From an uncultured Bacilli bacterium (GTDB lineage: Bacteria > Bacillota_I > Bacilli_A > RF39 > UBA660): a stretch of DNA of 64,000 nucleotides. The stretch is from the NCBI GenBank assembly GCA_910577075.1, contig CAJTKV010000001.1, forward strand, positions 6,355-70,354, written 5' to 3'. A program made the translations under genes and the position numbers. This document shows positions 38,580 through 47,707 of the stretch, in pieces (the stretch's first letter is position 1; the number at the start of each line of letters is the position of its first letter). The notes under the pieces were generated by a model that did no database searches, had not been told where the DNA came from, and saw only the letters and a list, made by a program, of their open reading frames with translations.

Positions 38580-40592
38580 CTATCTATTAGTTAATTTCAA
38601 ATGTTTATCTATTTCCTCTATAGAAGTATTAGAGCATGGGAATAGTTCATCTGCCATATCTCCCATTCGTTTTTCCGCCCCAGTAATAAATTCTTCCATA
38701 GAATAAAAATCTTCAATACCTTCACATAATTTTTTCGTTTTTAATGCTTTTGGATTTTTATCAACCTCAGAAGCAAGCAACGACCATCTTTGATAAGCTT
38801 CTCCATTTTTTTCTCTTCTTTGAGGACCTAAATATTTATCTAACCAAGCTATTTTTAAATCCGTATGTAACTTATTAAACCATAGTAATAAATCATAATT
38901 ACTCTTAGATAATTTATAATTTTCTTGATTTAAATTCTTCATTAGTTCTTTAACTTTTTTATATTGTGCATTATACCAAGTTGTCATATAAGTTCCATCA
39001 AAAAAACAATAGTCCTTACTCTTAGGTAAGACATTTCCATATTCTATAGTCCTCTCATAATATGCGGATCTCTTATCTTCAACATTTGGTAAATCTATTC
39101 CCCTTAAATAATTTTCAAGATAAGCAAGCATCTCAATGACATACATATCATCACTTGAGATTTTATAATCTTTATTCTTTTTATATAGTCTAAGTTCATT
39201 CTTAGCTATTTTTAACATCTCTTTATACCAATCACGCAAATATGTTCCATCTTTATATTTTTCATCTGGATCTTCTAAATATCCCGAATTGGAAATAATT
39301 CTATCACAATAAATATCTGTTTTATCTCTATTACTTAAATAAGCTGTTTGACAAATAGATTCAATATAATTATTTAAATCAGTTATATTACCACCAAATG
39401 AGACATTTTGTAGGCCAACTATACCGTTTCCTGTTTCTCCCTTTTTCTCATAATTATCTCGCAAATGTAAAAAATTCAAAGAACTGATTCTGGTAAGATT
39501 CCCCCCTAAATCCAATATTCTAACCGGCATCTTATTTCCCAAAGAACAACCTCTACCAAACTTTTGTAAAAAGTCACGATAGGCATTTGTTTTATTGGCA
39601 AAAATAATTTGCATTTCGCCATCTGTATGAAAGCCTTCTGTCATCTGTCTTATTGATAATAAAACTTTACTATTGCCATCTCTAAACTCATTATTTTTAA
39701 ATTCATTAATATTCTCTGAATTTTCCTTTTTTGGCAATCTACACGAAGTCTTATATATATCCAATGTTGGAAACTCTCTTCTTAATAATCTTTCCTTAGC
39801 TAACAAATCATTAAAATCTCGACAGTAAAACATTATTTTAGTTTGATGCAAATTCAAATATTTTTTTAATATATGAACTATACCTGCTTCTTTGTTTAAA
39901 TAATCAACTAATTGATCAATCTGCTCTTCACTGATATTTTCTCCTACTCGTTTTTTTAATATATCTATTGCTTCTTCACGAGTATTTCGCGATAGAACAA
40001 AAAATTCGTCATATATAGGTATCGAAAACAAGTCGTTTGCAAACGCTTCATCAAGAGAATAAAAAAATGAAACATTGCCATCGTATAAGACATTTGCCAT
40101 ATTGACTCTCTTTTTTAATTCTTCATCATTATCATCATTTACTATTTCAAAATCCCACTGCAAAATTGGGGTTGCCGATAATCCCAAGTACTTTCTTTCT
40201 CCATCGTCATTAAACATTTTGGAAATTGATTCATATCTCTTCTTTTTGGCAATGGCATGAAATTCATCACAGACAAACAAATCAAATGTAGGAACAATTC
40301 CCTTCTTTATCATTTCATGAAGTTGAGCATAAGTATAAAATTTTAAATCGGCAAAATCCTTATCCAAATCATAACCCATATTGGTTAAATGTTCTTGTAT
40401 TTGTTCTAAATGGAGCTGTCTAGGTGCTGCAAAAACAATAGCTTTATCTGCATAATTCAACATAGCTGAAGTAGCAATTGCTGATTTTCCTATTCCCATT
40501 GTCGCGATAACGCATGAACGTTTCTTAAACTCTAAATCATTTAAAACATTTTCTATTGCTTCTTTAATATGCGGATAATCAAAAATATTCAT
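38580..40592 (-). CDS. SF2 helicase with C-terminal helicase-associated (HA) repeats
   Basis: ATMGIGKS (Walker A), CDEFHA (II), GLSATP (III), QKFGRGCS (VI). The C-terminal third has repeated DGTY..WY and W..L motifs. Confidence 0.85.
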   Translation of the reverse strand: MNIFDYPHIKEAIENVLNDLEFKKRSCVIATMGIGKSAIATSAMLNYADKAIVFAAPRQLHLEQIQEHLTNMGYDLDKDFADLKFYTYAQLHEMIKKGIVPTFDLFVCDEFHAIAKKKRYESISKMFNDDGERKYLGLSATPILQWDFEIVNDDNDEELKKRVNMANVLYDGNVSFFYSLDEAFANDLFSIPIYDEFFVLSRNTREEAIDILKKRVGENISEEQIDQLVDYLNKEAGIVHILKKYLNLHQTKIMFYCRDFNDLLAKERLLRREFPTLDIYKTSCRLPKKENSENINEFKNNEFRDGNSKVLLSIRQMTEGFHTDGEMQIIFANKTNAYRDFLQKFGRGCSLGNKMPVRILDLGGNLTRISSLNFLHLRDNYEKKGETGNGIVGLQNVSFGGNITDLNNYIESICQTAYLSNRDKTDIYCDRIISNSGYLEDPDEKYKDGTYLRDWYKEMLKIAKNELRLYKKNKDYKISSDDMYVIEMLAYLENYLRGIDLPNVEDKRSAYYERTIEYGNVLPKSKDYCFFDGTYMTTWYNAQYKKVKELMKNLNQENYKLSKSNYDLLLWFNKLHTDLKIAWLDKYLGPQRREKNGEAYQRWSLLASEVDKNPKALKTKKLCEGIEDFYSMEEFITGAEKRMGDMADELFPCSNTSIEEIDKHLKLTNR

Positions 40593-40677
40593 AAAGTCAT
40601 GCCCCCTTAATTAATCCTATATTTTAAGGTTTCTATTCTCTAAAGTCAATAGTTCATAACAATATATTTTAATCTAA

Positions 40678-40707
40678 ACAAATAAAACACCAACTATTAC
40701 ATTGGTG
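40678..40707 (-). terminator. Rho-independent terminator after the NUDIX gene
   Basis: caccaa-ctattaca-ttggtg hairpin followed by TTTTATTTG on the minus strand. Lies in the 129-bp gap before the helicase gene. Confidence 0.5.
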
Positions 40708-40721
40708 CTTTCATTATATCA

Positions 40722-41129
40722 TCATATTAATTTTAAATCCTCTAGCATTAGTTTATGATCATAGGCTAGTTCCATTTCTCTTATTTCCTCTGGCTTAAAC
40801 CATTTAACTTCATCGCATTCGCTTACTGCTGAAGGAGTCCCACTTATAATATCACAAAAATGCGGAAGGCAAATCATTGTTTTAGTTGGATGTCTTCCGA
40901 TTTTATCATAATATCTTCCCGTGAATCGGATATTTCCTATCTCGACACCAATTTCCTCCATAGCTTCTCTTTTTAAAGCATTTTCGATTTCTTCGCCCCA
41001 TTCAACTTTACCAGCTATTAATCCCCATAATTGTTTATAGGCACCTCTTGTACGATGCATTAAAAGTATTTCACCCTTATCATTTCTTATAATTGCATCG
41101 ACACCTATATATGGATGGTCTGTTTGCAT
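40722..41129 (-). CDS. NUDIX hydrolase
   Basis: Nudix box GKVEWGEEIENALKREAMEEIGVE. Starts 10 nt after the upstream gene. Confidence 0.85.
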   Translation of the reverse strand: MQTDHPYIGVDAIIRNDKGEILLMHRTRGAYKQLWGLIAGKVEWGEEIENALKREAMEEIGVEIGNIRFTGRYYDKIGRHPTKTMICLPHFCDIISGTPSAVSECDEVKWFKPEEIREMELAYDHKLMLEDLKLI

Positions 41130-41138
41130 AATATCCCT

Positions 41139-42230
41139 CTATTTCCTTTTTTCTTGTATTTCTCTCGTCAAATCATGCATTATTGTACAATATTCACAAA
41201 GAAGACATCCTTCATTTTTAAATATATCTAAATCATTTTCTAACATTTTTATAGCCGCATATTCACTACATTCATAAAAAGTTTCTGTATCACATTCTTC
41301 TTTGCCTGCAAACTCAGAATTTTCTGAAGGTCTGAACGCCAATATACATGGATGTATTCCATTCATCGTCAATTTATCAATTCCCTTTTTGATTGTATCA
41401 ACTGGTGCAATACCACATATTAATGTACTGCCAACTTTGTTGCCACCTAGTAATTCATTTGCATAAATTCCTCTTTTAATATATTCATCTATACCAATTG
41501 CGCCCTTACCTGGACAAATCTCTCGTCTTAACTTTTCGTCATATATCTCAATATTAAAGCCAAATGAAGTTGCTCCAACATCAATCAATTTCTTTATTTC
41601 TTCTCTAGTTGGCGGAACCATTTCCACCCAAATGGGAATGTCTTTGGATTTTTTTCTGATTTTATCTATTATATTTATAAAATTTGCTGTAGATCGTGGA
41701 AGCGGTAAATATGTACCTCCTCCAAGACAAACATGATATTTCCTTTCATCCTTGGCAAAATCGACTACTTCGGCAATCTCATCAGGAGTAGACTCATTAA
41801 CTCTTTCTCCGCATCCACAAAACTTACACTTCAAATTGCGCTTGTTATAATCACATCCTGTATAAGTCATATGGAGATACTTCTCCCCTTCATCGATAAA
41901 TATCTCCGATGTCAATCGATTTGTTGAAGTCTTTTTCTCATACCACTTTGGCGGATCAATAAAAGCAACATCACAGATAATATTGTCATTAATATCAGAT
42001 AATGAAAGTTTATCTAAACTGCCAACTAACTTGTAACCGACATTTTCCGTGTTTTCATATAGCACATTTGCTAAAACAGATACTTTACTACCTAATTTGA
42101 TCATTATCCCAAAATATCTTCCCTGTTTATGCATTTCACTAGGATTTTGGTGCTCATATATCTGTTCCGCCAAATCATTAGCTAATATTCCATGGCAAAT
42201 TATATCTGCCTTTACTCTTATTAAATCCAT
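41139..42230 (-). CDS. Radical-SAM-like enzyme with non-canonical Cys motif
   Basis: TGCDYNKRNLKCKFCGCG (CX8CX2CXC, not CX3CX2C), LGGGTYLP (GGE-like), GATSFGFNIEIYD, STLICGIAP. C-terminal CLLCEYC. About 110-aa unknown N-terminal domain. Confidence 0.55.
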   Translation of the reverse strand: MDLIRVKADIICHGILANDLAEQIYEHQNPSEMHKQGRYFGIMIKLGSKVSVLANVLYENTENVGYKLVGSLDKLSLSDINDNIICDVAFIDPPKWYEKKTSTNRLTSEIFIDEGEKYLHMTYTGCDYNKRNLKCKFCGCGERVNESTPDEIAEVVDFAKDERKYHVCLGGGTYLPLPRSTANFINIIDKIRKKSKDIPIWVEMVPPTREEIKKLIDVGATSFGFNIEIYDEKLRREICPGKGAIGIDEYIKRGIYANELLGGNKVGSTLICGIAPVDTIKKGIDKLTMNGIHPCILAFRPSENSEFAGKEECDTETFYECSEYAAIKMLENDLDIFKNEGCLLCEYCTIMHDLTREIQEKRK

Positions 42231-42267
42231 TAAAACACCTCTTAAATAGATTATATCATAAATAAAA

Positions 42268-43701
42268 CTATTTACTATTATTATCCAAAAATTTATCTAA
42301 ATACTCTTTCCAATCCTCGGCATTTTCTTCTTCAAACAAGTGATAAAGAATTGCTACAATTATTTCATGTCTATTGCTGGCCTCTTGCATTCCTGCCTTA
42401 GTCATCATCAAATCCTTAAGACACAAAAGTTTATTAAAACAATGTCTAACTACGCTATCATCGCATAATTTGTAATTACTAGCTTCTATCCTATCATCGG
42501 GAAAAGAATTTCTATCAAAAAATGGCTTACCATTACTCTTTTGATAATCAAGACTTCTTAAAATTCCCGTAACTCCTATGGCATCACACATGTAAGCATC
42601 ACTTACAATCATTCCTTCGATGCTCTTAGGTCTAATACCCATCAAAGACTTTTTATAACCAATGCTTTTAATTGAATCTAAAACTATATTCTGACTATCT
42701 TCATCTACTTTAGCTTTAGTCATAATATCCTTGGCATTTTGCAAGTTACTAGCATGTTCTTCGCCAAATATTTTATAATCATCTACTTCATGCAAAAGGG
42801 CAATTAATGAGGGAATAAACACATCGACATTTTCCGATTTGGCAAATTTTAAAGTTAAATCATATACGCGATTAACATGTTCCATACCGTGTCCTGATTT
42901 ATCCTTCTTTAATATTTTTAAAACTTCATCTTTAACTTTTGATATTATTTGATTTCTCTCTTTATAATAGTTAGTAACATCACTACTTCTCCTAAAGACC
43001 TTAACTTTATCACTTAAAAAACCAATAATTTCATCTTCATCTCTACATGCATTATAAAATAATTCGTTTTTATTGGAAAAATGTACTGTTTCTGAAGATT
43101 TTTCTTCCGTAAATAGCGAACCTACTACGACAGTTTCTATATTCTTCTTATCAATTAAGTCTTTATATAAATTCATGTCTTTAATCGTTATATTCTCAAT
43201 AACTGGTTTAATATACAAAACAACAGGAATATTAGAATTAAGCAAATCAAAAGTTTTAAATCTTCTCTCCAAATTCTCTGTTGCTTTCTCATATTTTTCA
43301 TATTCACTTATAGTGCTATTGCTGACAAATATTATCAACTGTCCATAATAACTGATAAGGGGGATTAATTCTTTAACATCATCATAAGATACATATCTTT
43401 TTGTTGATATCTGTACCTGATTACCTTTTGCTAGAAAATATCTTGCTACCTCTAGTGTATCTTTTTTATTTGCCTCATCAAAACACTCAGAAAAACACCC
43501 TAGAGTAATTAAAGTATTCTTATCATACTTAAAATTAAATGTATCAAGCATTTCAAGTACTTCAATACTTGTTTTTCTCTCCATCTTATTCATTCCCATT
43601 TTAGATAAATAACAAAACTTACATTTACTTTTACATCCCAAACATGTATTTATAAATATTCTTTTTTTATCTCTAGCAAAAATATAGCCATTGTCTATCA
43701 T
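42268..43701 (-). CDS. Fusion: SPL-like radical SAM domain + YpgQ/YedJ-type HD phosphohydrolase domain
   Basis: N-terminus CLGCKSKCKFC contains canonical CX3CX2C. C-terminal half SGHGMEHVNRVYDLTLKFA..LIALLHEVDDYK matches the GHxxxHxxRV...ALLHDvxDxK pattern. Confidence 0.8.
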   Translation of the reverse strand: MIDNGYIFARDKKRIFINTCLGCKSKCKFCYLSKMGMNKMERKTSIEVLEMLDTFNFKYDKNTLITLGCFSECFDEANKKDTLEVARYFLAKGNQVQISTKRYVSYDDVKELIPLISYYGQLIIFVSNSTISEYEKYEKATENLERRFKTFDLLNSNIPVVLYIKPVIENITIKDMNLYKDLIDKKNIETVVVGSLFTEEKSSETVHFSNKNELFYNACRDEDEIIGFLSDKVKVFRRSSDVTNYYKERNQIISKVKDEVLKILKKDKSGHGMEHVNRVYDLTLKFAKSENVDVFIPSLIALLHEVDDYKIFGEEHASNLQNAKDIMTKAKVDEDSQNIVLDSIKSIGYKKSLMGIRPKSIEGMIVSDAYMCDAIGVTGILRSLDYQKSNGKPFFDRNSFPDDRIEASNYKLCDDSVVRHCFNKLLCLKDLMMTKAGMQEASNRHEIIVAILYHLFEEENAEDWKEYLDKFLDNNSK

Positions 43702-43796
43702 AAAAATTTTTCCTTCTTATACATATTTATTAAATTATATCATAATAATTTCATCCTGTAAGAATAGTCTCTTCATCAAAAATAAGAAGACAACAA

Positions 43797-43825
43797 TTGA
43801 CATTATGTGATGTTTTTAATATAAT
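43797..43825 (+). promoter_or_regulatory. Consensus sigma-70/SigA promoter for the NAT-like gene
   Basis: TTGACA (43797-43802), exact 17-nt spacer, TATAAT (43820-43825). AAAGGAA RBS before ATG 43855. Confidence 0.65.
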
Positions 43826-43854
43826 GTTATTAACATACAGAAAGGAACACTTAT

Positions 43855-44868
43855 ATGAAGATTACTACCAATAACTCTGATAAAGGAAATAGTTTTACAA
43901 GTATAGCAAGAGGTAGATATACTTCCATAAAAAAGAAAAAAATCACTTCTTTCATCGACTATAATTCTCTTGATTTAAATCTTATTTCTAAGCTTTTAAA
44001 TCAAGTTATTCAAAATTACACATATAGCACATTTGATCTTATTAAACTAATTAAAGAAAATTTTAATGGCAATATTAAAAAAAGCATTCAATCCGTTGAT
44101 GATTACTCAAAAGTTCGCTTCAATTGTTATTATGCTACTAAACTTTTAAAAGAAAAACTAAAAAATAAAGGGATTGATACCAAATATGTTTCTTACAAGT
44201 CAATTGGTTTTTCTTCTCCATCTGGTGACGAACTTATCAAAGAGGCACATATTTCATTAGTTATACCTACCATCCACAATGAAAGAATCTATTATCTTGT
44301 TTTAGATCCCGGCTATCGCATTCCAGAACCCATGGGTTTTTATAAATCCAGCAAAATTACTAATCTAAAAATTGATCATGATGATATCTCAATTCAAAAA
44401 ACAAGTAGCAACATCTATCCTTATTGCATGAAAATGAAGGGATATAATAGATATTCTATCGATGAAAACAGTTATTCTTGTGAAGAATATTTTAATTGTG
44501 ATTATGAGACGTTGAATCCTGAAGAAATTCTTTTTCCCATCTCCTATACAATTCTAAATGGCTATCGAATAATTAATTATAATGAAGACAAACAAAAATC
44601 GGCTATGATAAAAGTTATGATTTTAGAAGAATATCTCGAATGCTATGACTGCAATCAAAGTATTTCTTTTGCATTTTCTGAGTTAAAAAATATGTCTAAA
44701 GACCAACTATATAACCTACTAACGCCCTTCTGTGATAAATTAAAACAAGACGTTCAAGAATTAGTAGAAATAATTTATTTTATATTGAATAATAATAGCC
44801 AATTTATTAGTGAAATTATGAATAAACCTGTTTTAAAAGAATTTAAAAAGAATATTACTTATCATTAA
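43855..44868 (+). CDS. Hypothetical protein with arylamine-N-acetyltransferase/transglutaminase-like Cys-His-Asp pattern (tentative)
   Basis: VRFNCYYATKLL (Cys), EAHISLVIPT (His), YYLVLDPGYRI (Asp), in the order and spacing of the NAT catalytic triad. Confidence 0.45.
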   Translation: MKITTNNSDKGNSFTSIARGRYTSIKKKKITSFIDYNSLDLNLISKLLNQVIQNYTYSTFDLIKLIKENFNGNIKKSIQSVDDYSKVRFNCYYATKLLKEKLKNKGIDTKYVSYKSIGFSSPSGDELIKEAHISLVIPTIHNERIYYLVLDPGYRIPEPMGFYKSSKITNLKIDHDDISIQKTSSNIYPYCMKMKGYNRYSIDENSYSCEEYFNCDYETLNPEEILFPISYTILNGYRIINYNEDKQKSAMIKVMILEEYLECYDCNQSISFAFSELKNMSKDQLYNLLTPFCDKLKQDVQELVEIIYFILNNNSQFISEIMNKPVLKEFKKNITYH

Positions 44869-45673
44869 ATCGTGTAGAGACAGATATTTCGAAAGGAACC
44901 ATAGATCCGTCCTCCACAACATTGATTTCAACTCCAAAATGCCCCATTCCATCTTTTAATAATTCTTCTTGTTCCATATAAAGAGGAAATACAACATCAT
45001 TTATTAACTTTCTGAATACCTTTTTTTCTATGCCTTTATAACAGTTTGGCATAGTTTTTATTATCTCTTCTTTTTTATCTGGATAGGCATCAAATAAAAA
45101 ATCTCGTCTTATTTTCAAAGTTTCTAAATATTGAATTTGATTTATCTCACCTGTTTTATATTTTTGAATAGACGAATCATCCATAAATGGAACATCATCC
45201 CATGGAATAATCCAGCTCTCATGACTTCCTCTTCCTCTAGACAATAAGCCACAACCAAAACTAGGGCCCACATAATCTATATATAAGAAATGTCCTATCT
45301 TTACATCTAGTCCAAATCCTCCTTCAGTATGAATTCTTTCATTTGTGCCCGGCTTTAAATCTTCCAAGATTATTACAGCATCTGGCACTAGTTTTTTCAC
45401 ATCTCGAATATATTGATTAACTCTATCTCTATGAAACGTTTGTCCCTCTGGCAGTTTTCCTTCAACTCCTCTAGGGGAATCACATCTAACTGTCATAGTG
45501 TTAACGGGAAATTCATTCTTTACCTTTTCCCACTCTTCTTCATTATCAATGACATACATCTTATTTAACGGACTTAAATGCGGTAAATATTTATCAACTA
45601 ACGCTATACCTTTGCATTTTCTGTAAGTATTTATAAGTGCCATATGTTCTTTTTTAGATATATCTAAAATCAT
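44855..45673 (-). CDS. Hypothetical protein (272 aa)
   Basis: Clean ORF. Its 3' end overlaps the convergent NAT-like gene by 14 nt. No confident motif. Confidence 0.6.
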   Translation of the reverse strand: MILDISKKEHMALINTYRKCKGIALVDKYLPHLSPLNKMYVIDNEEEWEKVKNEFPVNTMTVRCDSPRGVEGKLPEGQTFHRDRVNQYIRDVKKLVPDAVIILEDLKPGTNERIHTEGGFGLDVKIGHFLYIDYVGPSFGCGLLSRGRGSHESWIIPWDDVPFMDDSSIQKYKTGEINQIQYLETLKIRRDFLFDAYPDKKEEIIKTMPNCYKGIEKKVFRKLINDVVFPLYMEQEELLKDGMGHFGVEINVVEDGSMVPFEISVSTRFNDK

Positions 45674-45699
45674 TTATACATTCCTCTTTTTTATTATAA

Positions 45700-46254
45700 T
45701 TAATTTAATATATGACTTATAGTTCTATCAATCTGATTAATAATTTCTTCGTCGTCTTTAGTAGGGAGGGTATTTGTATTTAAAGAATATATATAATCCT
45801 TCTGCAAATCGAATTCAGCATTTAACTTTTTAAATGTTTTTACTGATATATCAATTGCATTATCTGGAGACCCATTGCCGCCACCAACAAGTATTAGTAT
45901 TCCCTTCTTTTTCTTCATATTATTAGAAATATTTAAAAAATACTTATTACTCCATATATAATTTAATCTTGTAAATACTGAAAACAATGGTGGAGTTACA
46001 TACGAAATATATATTGGAGATGCAATAATTAAAACGTCATAGTCATCCTTCAATATTACAGCCATATTATCCTTTATAGAACATCCTTCATTTTTCCAAC
46101 AATATCTACAATCTATACACGGTTTAATATCATCTTTATAAGCATTTATTTCATCAAACTCCGTATCACTTGGAAATCTCTCTTTAACTTTATTAATAAC
46201 AAATGCTGTATCTCCATTATTATGGGGAGAACCGTTCAAAATAAGCGCTTTCAC
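45700..46254 (-). CDS. Iron-sulfur flavoprotein (Isf-type flavodoxin/NADPH-FMN reductase family)
   Basis: MKALILNGSPHNNGDT FMN-binding start. CIDCRYCWKNEGC (CX2CX2CX5C) compact cluster motif. Confidence 0.8.
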   Translation of the reverse strand: MKALILNGSPHNNGDTAFVINKVKERFPSDTEFDEINAYKDDIKPCIDCRYCWKNEGCSIKDNMAVILKDDYDVLIIASPIYISYVTPPLFSVFTRLNYIWSNKYFLNISNNMKKKKGILILVGGGNGSPDNAIDISVKTFKKLNAEFDLQKDYIYSLNTNTLPTKDDEEIINQIDRTISHILN

Positions 46255-46363
46255 ATTATCACTTCCATGATTATTATAACATTTCCTACCCTCAAAGTTC
46301 TACCTTATTTTCTTTAACAATTATTTCTGTTTTTATTAAATTGCCTAACTTTTTGAATTTTAA

Positions 46364-46504
46364 AAGGATGTGCACATAATTTTTGTTTACATCCTTTATT
46401 TAGCGCATTAAGCTATACTTTTAAATTATTTGCAAAATGTCAATAAAACTTTTATCTTTCTTATTTACGGCAGCAATTCTTATATTTCTTACCACTTCCA
46501 CAAA
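46364..46504 (-). repeat. Degenerate copy 3 of the secA 3' end (SEC-C coding tail + spacer + terminator hairpin)
   Basis: 46462-46504 tatttacggcagcaattcttatatttcttaccacttccacaaa matches 49232-49274 at 37/43. It encodes only ..LCGSGKKYKNCCRK* behind TAA TAG stops. Hairpin aaggatgt..acatcctt (46364-46396) resembles the secA terminator. Confidence 0.75.
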
Positions 46505-46605
46505 GCCTTTTCTATTAGCGTTTGTGTGAGATCTTGGCAACACTCCACAGCAATCGACAAACCTAGCAGATTGTATATAAAAAATGATTATTCTTATAAA
46601 AACTA

Positions 46606-47565
46606 TCACAATTTTTTACCATCTTTTGAGGTAACTACTTTAGTTGCTATTAACACATCATTTTTCAATTCATCTAATTCAGGATATCTTACTAATTGTT
46701 CTAGAAAATAAACTATATCATATATTCCTAATCTTTCATATAGATTTGGAGTATTAACTAATTCAGGATAATACTTATTAACATATGACATTATATTTGA
46801 ATAATCATTAGCATCTGTATATTTTTCTGTTTCTTCACTAGCAAATTTCCATGGCTTTCTTATCATTCTATAAAGTATATCTAACTCGAAATCTCTTGGT
46901 GCATACATTGATCTTTCAAAATCAATTATTTTAATCTTTCCATTATCCACAAATATATTATCAAAGTGAAAATCATTATGAACTAAGACAAATTCATCAG
47001 AATCAAGATATTCATCAAAATCAGAGTAGGCTTGTTCTAATAATTTTTGTTCTTCGTCATTAAAGATATTTAATTCTTTAGCTTCTTCATATAAAGGATT
47101 AAATTCTTTCTTCATATATTCTGACCAATTATATTTCTCCCCTTTAATGCTGTGCATCTGTTTCATAGCATCACATAGTTGTCTTATTATATCTTCTCTT
47201 TGTTCTTCAGAATAAGTATGCCACACATTAAATAAAGAAACACCATTTACTTTTTCAAGTATTTCATAAAAATATGGAAGATCTTTTTTATCTGTACTTG
47301 AATAATATAACTTAGGTATTAGAGTATTACCTTTATTGGAATTATAAAAAGTGATTTCTTTTTTAAACTCTTCTTCATTATCCAAATCAGTACATACTTT
47401 AACTATATAAGAATCATTTACTTTATATAAAGTATTTGTGAATCCAACATTTATTTTTTCGCACCTTGGATTTGTACCAAATACTGATGTATTGGTTCTA
47501 ACTATTAAATCTATTATTTTGTCCAACTTTATCACTTCCTTCTCAATTATATCATACACCCTCAT
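46606..47565 (-). CDS. APH/choline-kinase-like phosphotransferase
   Basis: LVHNDFHFDNIFV (HxDxxxxN catalytic loop), KIIDFERS (DFE metal-binding). Confidence 0.8.
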   Translation of the reverse strand: MRVYDIIEKEVIKLDKIIDLIVRTNTSVFGTNPRCEKINVGFTNTLYKVNDSYIVKVCTDLDNEEEFKKEITFYNSNKGNTLIPKLYYSSTDKKDLPYFYEILEKVNGVSLFNVWHTYSEEQREDIIRQLCDAMKQMHSIKGEKYNWSEYMKKEFNPLYEEAKELNIFNDEEQKLLEQAYSDFDEYLDSDEFVLVHNDFHFDNIFVDNGKIKIIDFERSMYAPRDFELDILYRMIRKPWKFASEETEKYTDANDYSNIMSYVNKYYPELVNTPNLYERLGIYDIVYFLEQLVRYPELDELKNDVLIATKVVTSKDGKKL

Positions 47566-47622
47566 GTTTATCAGTGAATTAGGGAAAAGACATGCGTATA
47601 ATTACCTAAATATTATAATCAT

Positions 47623-47656
47623 AGAAAAACCCGCAATATCTTTATTTATGTGGGTT
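47623..47656 (-). terminator. Rho-independent terminator after SEC-C copy 2
   Basis: aacccgca-(13 nt)-tgtgggtt hairpin with one mismatch, followed by T5 on the minus strand. Confidence 0.5.
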
Positions 47657-47664
47657 CTCGATCT

Positions 47665-47707
47665 TATTTACCACAACAATTTTTATATTTCTTACCGCTT
47701 CCACAAG
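47665..47707 (-). repeat. Copy 2 of the secA 3' end; forms a 19-codon mini-ORF (47664..47723)
   Basis: tatttaccacaacaatttttatatttcttaccgcttccacaag matches 49232-49274 at 39/43. With ATG 47723 it reads MRVRSSCGSGKKYKNCCGK*. No clear RBS. Confidence 0.75.

Noticed and set aside
38580-41129. Idea that the SF2 helicase and CHAP gene belong to the same operon or system as the rSAM/NUDIX genes.
   Set aside because: A 129-bp gap with a terminator hairpin (40678-40707) separates NUDIX from the helicase. A near-identical helicase architecture also occurs at 1-1426 in an unrelated context.
46421-46711. Two overlapping ORFs (62 aa minus strand, 93 aa plus strand) between the Isf and kinase genes.
   Set aside because: The minus-strand ORF is just the SEC-C remnant read in the wrong frame (..VEVVRNIRIAAVNKK). 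This parallels the spurious ORF 49221-49457 inside secA (..AEVVRNIKTAVVNSMK). Neither has start signals.
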